Shown here in pieces: positions 18,817-26,152 of a stretch of DNA of 44,535 bases. Position numbers and translations under genes: made by a program. The DNA lies in the NCBI GenBank assembly GCA_948465665.1, contig CAOJXI010000001.1, positions 1-44,535 of the forward strand, read 5' to 3'. Source of the stretch: an uncultured Clostridia bacterium. GTDB taxonomy: Bacteria; Bacillota; Clostridia; Oscillospirales; Ruminococcaceae. Position 1 is the first letter of the stretch; every line of letters starts with the position of its first letter. Under the pieces are notes generated by a model. It did not search any database and was not told where the DNA came from. It saw nothing but the letters and a program-made list of their open reading frames with translations.

Positions 18817-20013
18817 TTAATAATCCTTACGTGTACCCATACCAGTAGGGGTTTTAGCATCTGTATTCGTTGTAACAGTTACATTTTTTGCAGCATCGTT
18901 GCCTTTAACCAATTTACCCATAACTACAAGCCTTTGATTTGTCTGGCGGACGCCGTTTATATAATATGCGTCAATACAGGTAGAAAGGGAAATTAACTTG
19001 TCATCAGTAGTCACAGGTATATCATAGTCAAAGAAAGAAAGGGAGCGGGCCTCTGCAATCAGATTGGAAAATTGTTTTGCTGTAAACGTAGAAGAAACAT
19101 AGTCCAGATCATTGGCATTACAAATAAAAACTGCAAAAATCTGGAAAGTCATATCCTCATATTCGGTAGAATAATAAATTTTTTGGTTCTGTTGGGCAAA
19201 ATCAAGGCGTTTAAACGGAACTAGCTGGGCAAACATAACATCTTTTGCACGGTTGGCATACGCATATCGCCAGGAATTTGTCCAATTGTGGCCAAAAATG
19301 CAGTTGTTTTGGGTCAGTGTAGAGGAATCTCCAAAATTTACAGAAGAGGAAGCCCAAATAACACCATTCTTGCTGTATTTTTTATCAATTCCCAAAGCTT
19401 CATAATAGGTATTGTTCCCATTAGGGCTTTGGAGAACAGGGTAATCTATATTTGTGCCGGAAACTTTCAGCCAAGCTTTTACATCAGAATTTTTTGCCTG
19501 CCAGGATTTAATGGTAGGCGATAAGGCAGAAACTGTTGTAGGGGTTTTTGGAGTTGAAACGGTTGGGGTATTAGATTTGGGGCTAACTGTAATGGAATTG
19601 GAACCTCCCCCAATAGAGATGGCTCCAGCTTTATTAGACGAAGACGTTCCAACAACCCTAATGCCTGTTGAACTTTCTTGGGAGTTATTATTGCTAGCGG
19701 AAGAACCACTACGCAGGGAACTGACCCTTGGGGCATATTCTTCATCGGCTTCCAGATCCCAATCCTCACCGTTTTCCAGGTCTGCAAAATAATCCCGGCC
19801 TTCTTCTTCAGCCTGCTGGCGGGCTTCCACGCTTCCTGCGAGGGCTTCTGAGCGGGTATATTCTTCATCTTCTTCGTCGTCGCGAGGACGAAGCTGAATG
19901 GCAAAAACATTCGTTGTAGCAGACATCATCATTGTTGCTGCCAGCAGCAGTGTAACGGTGCGTTTATAAAGGCTGGAATCATTTTTCAGGCTCATTTTAT
20001 AGTTCAGCTCCAT
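18817..20013 (-). CDS. srtB: Class B sortase with an extended disordered N-terminal linker
   Basis: The catalytic region NSDVKAWLKVSGTNIDYPVLQ...NNCIFGHNW...LISLSTC...RLVVMGKLV matches class B sortase signatures. N-terminal membrane anchor RTVTLLLAATMMMSATTNVFA, then an acidic/Ser-rich spacer. The start is uncertain (ATG 20013 or 19995; the ORF is open to 20067). Confidence 0.8.
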   Translation of the reverse strand: MELNYKMSLKNDSSLYKRTVTLLLAATMMMSATTNVFAIQLRPRDDEEDEEYTRSEALAGSVEARQQAEEEGRDYFADLENGEDWDLEADEEYAPRVSSLRSGSSASNNNSQESSTGIRVVGTSSSNKAGAISIGGGSNSITVSPKSNTPTVSTPKTPTTVSALSPTIKSWQAKNSDVKAWLKVSGTNIDYPVLQSPNGNNTYYEALGIDKKYSKNGVIWASSSVNFGDSSTLTQNNCIFGHNWTNSWRYAYANRAKDVMFAQLVPFKRLDFAQQNQKIYYSTEYEDMTFQIFAVFICNANDLDYVSSTFTAKQFSNLIAEARSLSFFDYDIPVTTDDKLISLSTCIDAYYINGVRQTNQRLVVMGKLVKGNDAAKNVTVTTNTDAKTPTGMGTRKDY

Positions 20014-20114
20014 TTCTGCCGTATAGAAATTACGGCTGATTTTATAATTCTTATGTGGGTTGGGCAATTACCCCATCCCCGTCTTGAAAATGTAGTGATA
20101 AAACGACTATTCAT

Positions 20115-20144
20115 ATTATAACATAAGTTTTTTCAAAATTTCAA
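20115..20144 (-). promoter_or_regulatory. Promoter candidate for the sortase gene
   Basis: Minus strand reads TTGAAA-N18-TATAAT, with TGt immediately upstream of the -10. Confidence 0.45.
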
Positions 20145-20269
20145 TGCCTTTTAAGCAAAAACTTCATCTTTTTGAAATGATTTTGTCTCCAATTTTTTAC
20201 TAATTCCGCTTTTAATTTTATTTAAAATTTAACTTGACAGATTAGGCGTTATTTATTACAATAAAAATA

Positions 20270-20359
20270 GAAAATGACGCTGCCCGGTAAACGGTCAGCC
20301 CCTAAAAGTTGGAGAAATAATCGCCGAACTTTGCGAGGGCCCGGCGATTATTTCTTTTT
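20270..20359 (+). ncRNA. Candidate antisense (antitoxin) small RNA, unit 1
   Basis: TTGACA(20234-20239)-N17-TACAAT(20257-20262). About 90 nt downstream is a 12-bp stem AAATAATCGCCG/CGGCGATTATTT followed by TTTCTTTTTGTT. The RNA would be fully complementary to the 3' end and 3' UTR of the toxin transcript. Confidence 0.5.
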
Positions 20360-20428
20360 GTTCTGTATAAACAGGTTACAAATACCAATAATTACTAAGC
20401 AAAACTGTAACAGTTCTGACAAAGTCAT
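20348..20428 (-). CDS. 26-aa hydrophobic lysine-tailed peptide, type I toxin candidate (holin-like toxin/BsrG/TxpA-like), unit 1
   Basis: MTLSELLQFCLVIIGICNLFIQNKKK. GGGGGG SD lies 7 nt upstream of the ATG. The stop codon is embedded in the terminator stem. Confidence 0.65.
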   Translation of the reverse strand: MTLSELLQFCLVIIGICNLFIQNKKK

Positions 20429-20551
20429 TAGGCATCCCCCCTTTCGCTATGTACGATCAGGGGGCAAGAAACGTTTTGGAAACTTCCCGTTCCCAAAGCG
20501 GCCCCCTGATGGGGGCTAACCGCCTACCGTTTATGGCAGCGTCACAGCTTT

Positions 20552-20580
20552 ATATTACCATATTTTTCGACATTTAGCAA
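20552..20580 (-). promoter_or_regulatory. Toxin-mRNA promoter, unit 1 (equivalents at 20910-20938 and 21271-21299)
   Basis: Minus strand reads TTGCTA-N17-TAATAT with TGg extended -10. The predicted transcript starts GUGACGCUGCC near 20545. This promoter is back-to-back with the next unit's antisense promoter. Confidence 0.5.
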
Positions 20581-20627
20581 CAATATTTTTCTTGACTGTT
20601 CTAGCGTTATCTATTATAATAAAGATA

Positions 20628-20717
20628 CAAAATGACGCTGCCCGGTAAACGGTCAGCCCCTAAAAGTTGGAGAAATAATCGCCGAACTTTGCGAGGGCCC
20701 GGCGATTATTTCTTTTT
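20628..20717 (+). ncRNA. Candidate antisense small RNA, unit 2
   Basis: TTGACT(20592-20597)-N17-TATAAT(20615-20620), with the same terminator. Confidence 0.5.
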
Positions 20718-20786
20718 GTTCTGTATAAACAGGTTACAAATACCAATAATTACTAAGCAAAACTGTAACAGTTCTGACAAAGTCAT
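20706..20786 (-). CDS. Type I toxin candidate peptide, unit 2
   Basis: Peptide and SD identical to unit 1. Confidence 0.65.
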   Translation of the reverse strand: MTLSELLQFCLVIIGICNLFIQNKKK

Positions 20787-20985
20787 TAGGCATCCCCCCT
20801 TTCGCTATGTACGATCAGGGGGCAAGAAACGTTTTGGAAACTTCCCGTTCCCAAAGCGGCCCCCTGATGGGGGCTAACCGCCTACCGTTTATGGCAGCGT
20901 CACAGCTTTATATTACCATATTTTTCGACATTTAGCAACAATATTTTCCTTGACAGTTCTAACATTATCTATTATAATAAAGACA

Positions 20986-21077
20986 GAAAATGACGCTGCC
21001 CGGTAAACGGTCAGCCCCTAAAGGTCTTTGAAACAATCGCCGATCTTTTGTGAGGAGTCCGGCGATTATTTCTTTTT
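20986..21077 (+). ncRNA. Candidate antisense small RNA, unit 3
   Basis: TTGACA(20950-20955)-N17-TATAAT(20973-20978), with a terminator whose loop has diverged but whose stem is conserved. Confidence 0.5.
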
Positions 21078-21146
21078 GTTCTGTATAAACAGGTTACAAA
21101 TACCGATGATAACTAAGCAAAACTGTAACAGTTCTGACAGAGTCAT
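21066..21146 (-). CDS. Type I toxin candidate peptide, unit 3
   Basis: The peptide is identical despite at least 4 synonymous nucleotide differences from unit 1 (ttg>ctg, gta>gtt, att>atc twice). Confidence 0.65.
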   Translation of the reverse strand: MTLSELLQFCLVIIGICNLFIQNKKK

Positions 21147-21346
21147 TAGGCATCCCCCCTTTCGCTATGTACGATCAGGGGGCAAGAAACATTCTGGAAA
21201 CTTTCTGTTCCCAAAGTGGCCCCCTGATGGGGGCTAACCGCCTACCGTTTATGGCAGCGTCACAGCTTTTATATTACCATATTTTTCGACATTTAGCAAC
21301 AATATTTTCCTTGACTGTTCTAACATTATCTATTATAATAAAGATA

Positions 21347-21436
21347 GAAAATGACGCTGCCCGGTAAACGGTCAGCCCCTAAAGGTCTTTGAAATAATCG
21401 CCGAACTTTCGAGGGGCCCGGCGATTATTTCTTTTT
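21347..21436 (+). ncRNA. Candidate antisense small RNA, unit 4
   Basis: TTGACT(21311-21316)-N17-TATAAT(21334-21339), with the terminator. Confidence 0.45.
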
Positions 21437-21505
21437 GTTCTGTATAAACAGGTTACAAACGCCAATAATAACTAAACAAAACTGTAACAGTTCTGACAGA
21501 GTCAT
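21425..21505 (-). CDS. Type I toxin candidate peptide, unit 4 (leader truncated)
   Basis: MTLSELLQFCLVIIGVCNLFIQNKKK. The SD is AGGGGGA. The upstream structured leader and promoter seen in units 1-3 are replaced by unrelated AT-rich sequence. Confidence 0.5.
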   Translation of the reverse strand: MTLSELLQFCLVIIGVCNLFIQNKKK

Positions 21506-21595
21506 TAGACATCCCCCTTGGACTTTTCTTAGAAAAAGGATACAGTTATTGAAAATGTAAGGTTTTTGAATGATAACCATAAAACAAGTATAATA

Positions 21596-21636
21596 AATGA
21601 CAGGTCAGTGAAAAAATTCACACTGCCTGTCATTTA
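21596..21636 (-). terminator. Terminator after the 176-aa gene
   Basis: 10-bp stem AAATGACAGG/CCTGTCATTT with further inner pairing, 6 nt after the stop at 21642. Confidence 0.55.
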
Positions 21637-21641
21637 TTATA

Positions 21642-22172
21642 TTATTTTTTTCTAAATAAAGTATTTATTCCATCCCATCTCATTTGTGTTCTACGGGTTT
21701 GCTCTTTATACTTTGAAACTTCTCTTATTGTTTTTCCAAGTTCTCCTGAAACTTTTCTTCCTAAAAAAGTAGCAGTAACTCCTAAAATCACCGGCACACC
21801 CAGACTTACAATTGGCTGAAGAACCTCTTTTATTTCTTTTCGGGATCCCTCAAGCATTTGGGAAACTATTGCTTTCTTTTCTTCTAGGGTTCCGTCATAT
21901 TGCAATACTATTTGTATTATCTTTTCGTATTTTTGGGAGGAAAGTCCTAGTGCAATTTGAATGGTATCCCCTAATGTCGAACAAAACGTTTCAGCTACTG
22001 AAGCTAACGCAGGAACGGCATTTATCAAAGCTGCTTGGTCTCTATATCCATATTGTACAACAGCTTGTATAATTTCTTTGCATGAACCTGAAAGATTTGG
22101 TGCTACTGCGGCGATGATTTTAGGAACTGTTTGTTTTGCCATTCTTTCTGTAATTACAATTTGTTCACTCAT
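21642..22172 (-). CDS. Hypothetical protein with one predicted transmembrane segment
   Basis: 176-aa ORF in the low-GC islet with AGGGGGGGA RBS. Hydrophobic stretch PIVSLGVPVILGVTATFLG. No family recognised. Confidence 0.5.
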   Translation of the reverse strand: MSEQIVITERMAKQTVPKIIAAVAPNLSGSCKEIIQAVVQYGYRDQAALINAVPALASVAETFCSTLGDTIQIALGLSSQKYEKIIQIVLQYDGTLEEKKAIVSQMLEGSRKEIKEVLQPIVSLGVPVILGVTATFLGRKVSGELGKTIREVSKYKEQTRRTQMRWDGINTLFRKK

Positions 22173-22202
22173 ATTTGATCCCCCCCCTATTGAATATCAT
22201 TC

Positions 22203-22631
22203 CTATTCTTCTTTCCAATTTCTATATCTATCCAAATCAAGATGAAATGCTTTCATAACAAGTGTAAAGATTGCTGCATCATCTATATAACCTAAAACTG
22301 GGATAACATCAGGAATTAAATCAATAGGACTTACAAAATAAATAAGTGCAGCAGCAAAAGCTAACATAGTAGGCAGTGGAACCTTTTTATAATTTCCATG
22401 TGCATAATCCAAAACCATATTAGTAATATCCTTAATCTCAAAAATAAGGCTCCCAATAAGGGGAATTGAGGATAGAAGATTACTTTTTTGAAATACTTGT
22501 TCACCTAAAATTTTTGCTTTACTCTTATCTTTTAGAACTTTACTTGCCTTGCTCTTGTTTTTGTTTAATGCTTCCCAAAGATTATTCTCGCTGATATTTT
22601 TTCTCTTTAAAAACCCCCACATATCTATCAT
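22203..22631 (-). CDS. DUF1232 (YkvA-like) membrane protein
   Basis: ALIYFVSPIDLIPDVIPVLGYIDDAAI is the hallmark DUF1232 motif. GGAG RBS. Confidence 0.65.
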   Translation of the reverse strand: MIDMWGFLKRKNISENNLWEALNKNKSKASKVLKDKSKAKILGEQVFQKSNLLSSIPLIGSLIFEIKDITNMVLDYAHGNYKKVPLPTMLAFAAALIYFVSPIDLIPDVIPVLGYIDDAAIFTLVMKAFHLDLDRYRNWKEE

Positions 22632-22733
22632 TTGTTATTTCTCCTTATGTCCTTATCTAAATTTTGTTAGAGCTGAACAATATAACCACAGCAACTATAT
22701 CAATAAATTCAAATTTTTCTATATGTAGTTATA

Positions 22734-22886
22734 TTATTTCTTGGAAGATGGTATACTGGTTTGGCTTTTGGATTTTTTATCACCAATAAAATCGCAGATA
22801 ACAGAAACAACCGTAAATAATGTTACGACTTTTCCAACTATATCAGTAACATTATTTATATTACTTGATACTTTTTTTAAATCCAT
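22734..22886 (-). CDS. Small hypothetical membrane-associated protein (50 aa)
   Basis: MDLKKVSSNINNVTDIVGKVVTLFTVVSVICDFIGDKKSK... GGGAGGAAG lies 8 nt upstream of the ATG at 22886. The track ORF extends to a TTG at 22919 inside the recombination-site-like palindrome. Confidence 0.45.
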   Translation of the reverse strand: MDLKKVSSNINNVTDIVGKVVTLFTVVSVICDFIGDKKSKSQTSIPSSKK

Positions 22887-22912
22887 TTTGTTTTCTTCCT
22901 CCCAACAAATCG

Positions 22913-22938
22913 TTCTCAAAAAGTGTACCTTTTGAGAA
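22913..22938. promoter_or_regulatory. hix-like 26-bp recombinase site L (12-2-12, core GT)
   Basis: TTCTCAAAAAGT GT ACCTTTTGAGAA. The half-sites are 9/12 identical to the Hin hixC half-site TTATCAAAAACC as I remember it. Confidence 0.5.
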
Positions 22939-22949
22939 CATAGAAAAAT

Positions 22950-22964
22950 ATCTCAAATTGAGAT
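22950..22964. promoter_or_regulatory. Third palindrome with the same arms (ATCTCAA-A-TTGAGAT), possible accessory recombinase site
   Basis: It shares the TCTCAA/TTGAGA arms with sites L and R but has no central spacer. Confidence 0.3.
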
Positions 22965-22995
22965 TATAAGTGCGAAAATTTTTATAAAATTAATA

Positions 22996-23024
22996 TTGCA
23001 ATTCTATTTTTAATGTGGTAATAT
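22996..23024 (+). promoter_or_regulatory. Promoter inside the candidate invertible segment
   Basis: TTGCAA-N17-TAATAT with TGg extended -10. It currently points away from the 50-aa/DUF1232/176-aa operon and toward the 3' end of the recombinase gene. Confidence 0.45.
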
Positions 23025-23037
23025 TAAAAAAATAGAA

Positions 23038-23063
23038 GTCTCAAAAGGTACACCTTTTGAGAC
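23038..23063. promoter_or_regulatory. hix-like 26-bp recombinase site R (12-2-12, core AC), which may also serve as the recombinase gene terminator
   Basis: GTCTCAAAAGGT AC ACCTTTTGAGAC. Its reverse complement matches site L at 23/24 central positions including the GT core. On the minus strand the hairpin is followed by CTATTTTTTT. Confidence 0.5.
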
Positions 23064-23068
23064 TTCCG

Positions 23069-23701
<633 letters not shown>

Positions 23702-23842
23702 CTATATTTTAAATGAATTTTTTCGGAAAAATCGGAAAATTTCGACTTATTTCTTGATTCTACCATTTCCTCCCGTTCTGTGGTATAATAAATTTACCAG
23801 GGGATTTTCCGCCCTGATTACCAAAAAGTGAGGTCTTCTATA

Positions 23843-24421
23843 ATGCTGAAAGAAATTGTGAAAAAGAACCGCAGCTACCGCAGTTTTGACGGGAACCACG
23901 CAATCGGCCGGGAAACCTTATTAGACCTGGTGGACTGTGCCAGGTATACCCCTTCTTCCGTCAACCTCCAGCCCTTCCAATACTTTATTTCCTGTACCCC
24001 TGAAACCAATGAAACCATCTTCCCGCTGACCGCCTGGGCGCGGCTGCTTCCCAATTACGACGGCCCCGCCGAAGGCCATCATCCAACAGGGTACATTGTG
24101 GTATGTACCGACAAAAACATCGGCCCTAATACAGACCGTTTCCGTACTGATGTAGGCATTGTGTCCCAGACAATTATGCTGGCTGCCACAGAAAAAGGGC
24201 TTGGCGGCTGTATGATCGGCAACTTTGACAAAGAGAAAATGGCGGCTGCCCTCAAACTCCCGGAAAACCTAGTTCCGTCCCTGGTTCTGGCTCTGGGGAA
24301 GCCCGACGAGGAAATTACCTTGCTGGATTTGGAAAAAGGCGGGGATTCCAAGTATTTCCGTAAAGACGGCAGGCATTTTGTCCCAAAACGTAAGCTTGAA
24401 GATATTATCCTAGGCGATTAA
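23843..24421 (+). CDS. Nitroreductase family protein
   Basis: RSYRSF...LLDLVDCARYTPSSVNLQP...GIVSQTIMLAATEKGLGGCMIG...LALGKP are typical nitroreductase-fold motifs. The ATG at 23843 follows GAGG. Confidence 0.75.
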   Translation: MLKEIVKKNRSYRSFDGNHAIGRETLLDLVDCARYTPSSVNLQPFQYFISCTPETNETIFPLTAWARLLPNYDGPAEGHHPTGYIVVCTDKNIGPNTDRFRTDVGIVSQTIMLAATEKGLGGCMIGNFDKEKMAAALKLPENLVPSLVLALGKPDEEITLLDLEKGGDSKYFRKDGRHFVPKRKLEDIILGD

Positions 24422-24482
24422 TAATGTATAATAAATACATTTTACTGTATATATAAACATTTATAAATGAATTAAAGTTAAA

Positions 24483-24521
24483 ATGCACAGTCTGTACAAC
24501 ATAGACAGATTGTGCATTTTG
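24483..24521 (+). terminator. Intrinsic terminator after the nitroreductase gene
   Basis: 13-bp stem ATGCACAGTCTGT/ACAGATTGTGCAT (one G-U pair) followed by TTTTGTATT. Confidence 0.6.
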
Positions 24522-24603
24522 TATTGCTTTTCAGCTAAAAATCCTTGTTATCTGTGGAGAAACACAAAATTAAAAGGAGCATATGAATATTTTAGAAAAG
24601 GGC

Positions 24604-24631
24604 TTGATTTTATTCGTTGATTGTGTATAAT
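24604..24631 (+). promoter_or_regulatory. Promoter candidate for argG
   Basis: TTGATT-N16-TATAAT, about 60 nt upstream of the argG start. Confidence 0.4.
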
Positions 24632-24693
24632 TATAAATATCTCACGGGACAGGTAATACCCCCGTTACCCAAACAATATTGGAGGATGAAATC

Positions 24694-25926
24694 ATGAGTA
24701 AAAAATATAATAAAGTTGTCCTGGCCTATTCCGGCGGCCTGGATACTTCCATTATTATCCCATGGCTGAAGGAAAATTATGGCTGCGAGGTCATCGCTGT
24801 TGCCGCTGACGTAGGGCAGGAAAGCGAATTGGAAGGGCTCCAGGAAAAAGCCATTAAAACTGGCGCGTCCAAGCTGTATATTGAGGATTTGAAAAAGGAA
24901 TTTGTAGAGGACTGCATCTGGCCCACCCTAAAAGCAGGGGCTATTTATGAAAATAAATACCTGTTGGGGACTTCTTTCGCCCGTCCCATTATTGCAAAAC
25001 GGTTAGTGGAAATTGCAAAAAAAGAGGGGGCGGACGCAATTGCCCACGGCTGTACCGGCAAGGGCAACGACCAGGTCCGTTTTGAGCTGACCATCAAAGC
25101 TTTTGCCCCTGATATGCCCATTATCGCCCCCTGGCGTATTTGGGATATCAAATCCCGCGACGAGGAAATCGACTACGCCGAAGCCCACCAAATCCCCCTG
25201 AAAATCACCCGCAAAACCAACTATTCCAAGGATAAAAACCTTTGGCACCTCTCCCATGAAGGGCTGGATTTGGAAGACCCGGCAAACGAACCAAAATACA
25301 ACGAAATCCTGGAAATGGGCGTTTCCCCTGAAAAGGCTCCCGACGCCCCCACATATATCACCCTGCATTTTGAAAAGGGCGTACCCACTGCCCTTGACGG
25401 CGTGGAGATGGACGGTGTTTCCCTGATTCAGAAGCTGAACAAAATCGGCGGGGCCAACGGCGTGGGATTAGCTGACCTGGTGGAAAACCGTCTGGTAGGC
25501 ATGAAGAGCCGCGGCGTTTACGAAACCCCCGGCGGAAGCATCCTCTACCATGCCCATGATGTTCTGGAGACCATCTGCCTGGATAAAGAAACCCAGCACT
25601 ATAAACAGCAGGTTGCGTTGAAGTTTGCCGACCTGGTTTATAACGGGCAATGGTATACCCCTCTGCGGGAAGCGTTGAGCGCCTTTGTGGATTCCACCCA
25701 GCAGACTGTCACCGGTGACGTTAAACTGAAACTGTACAAAGGCAACATTATTAATGCAGGCGTTACCAGCGATTACACCCTGTATGATGAAGAAGTAGCC
25801 ACCTTTGACGCAGACGAGGTTTACAACCAGATGGATTCCCAGGGATTTATTAACCTGTTCGGCCTGCCCATCAAGGTAAAGGCTGTACTGGACCAGAAGC
25901 GCGCCGCCAAAAAAGAAGGCAAATAA
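24694..25926 (+). CDS. argG: Argininosuccinate synthase
   Basis: [13 protein letters not shown] (ATP pyrophosphatase motif), [15 protein letters not shown] and [22 protein letters not shown]. GGAGG RBS upstream of the ATG at 24694. Confidence 0.95.
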   Translation: MSKKYNKVVLAYSGGLDTSIIIPWLKENYGCEVIAVAADVGQESELEGLQEKAIKTGASKLYIEDLKKEFVEDCIWPTLKAGAIYENKYLLGTSFARPIIAKRLVEIAKKEGADAIAHGCTGKGNDQVRFELTIKAFAPDMPIIAPWRIWDIKSRDEEIDYAEAHQIPLKITRKTNYSKDKNLWHLSHEGLDLEDPANEPKYNEILEMGVSPEKAPDAPTYITLHFEKGVPTALDGVEMDGVSLIQKLNKIGGANGVGLADLVENRLVGMKSRGVYETPGGSILYHAHDVLETICLDKETQHYKQQVALKFADLVYNGQWYTPLREALSAFVDSTQQTVTGDVKLKLYKGNIINAGVTSDYTLYDEEVATFDADEVYNQMDSQGFINLFGLPIKVKAVLDQKRAAKKEGK

Positions 25927-25933
25927 TTCTGTC

Positions 25934-26096
25934 AGAACCTGTATTCATAACCGGGGGATGCTGGATGGGCGAGGATTTTTCCAGCCAGACAAGGAGGTTT
26001 TCCGCAGCAATCCTGACGGATTGCAAGGGAAAGCGACGCAGTATGGCGGGAAAAAGACCGTTCAGACAGCGTGGGGCGGTTGTGAATACAGGTTCT
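25934..26096. mobile_element. MITE-like palindromic element M1 (short copy)
   Basis: It has the same terminal inverted repeats as 9703-9976 and is collinear with that copy minus the 100-bp nested element. Confidence 0.75.
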
Positions 26097-26114
26097 CAAT
26101 AAAGCGCCATATAT

Positions 26115-26152
26115 AATGGGAACCTTCCCGAAAGGTTCCCATTCCTTCTTTT
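26115..26152 (+). terminator. Strong hairpin plus T-tract between argG and argH (terminator or attenuator)
   Basis: 12-bp perfect stem AATGGGAACCTT/AAGGTTCCCATT with a 5-nt loop, followed by CCTTCTTTTG. It ends only 27 nt before the argH start. Confidence 0.55.

Larger units (their letters stand above)
20234..21530. repeat. Tandem array of four 358-360 bp units (type I toxin-antitoxin-like modules)
   Basis: Units start near 20271, 20629, 20987 and 21347. Units 1 and 2 are near-identical, and units 3 and 4 diverge progressively. Unit 4 has lost the long leader and promoter. Confidence 0.9.

Noticed and set aside
20274-21237. Plus-strand ORFs of 81, 81 and 69 aa (20274-20519, 20632-20877, 21028-21237) repeated in the tandem array.
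   Set aside because: They start inside the predicted sRNA and run through a strong terminator and the opposite-strand SD and leader. They have no RBS, and they are not maintained in units 3 and 4 (shifted start, truncated). The minus-strand 26-aa ORF is preserved by synonymous changes. Their repetition only reflects the DNA repeat.
20234-21530. Possible CRISPR array or satellite.
   Set aside because: The unit length is ~358 bp with no short repeat/spacer alternation. Each unit contains promoters, an ORF and a terminator.
24575-24600. ARG-box-like sequence TATGAATATTTTAGAAAA upstream of the argG promoter.
   Set aside because: Only one half-site (TGAAT) matches the ArgR/AhrC consensus. The second half is degenerate, and AT-rich DNA gives such matches by chance.
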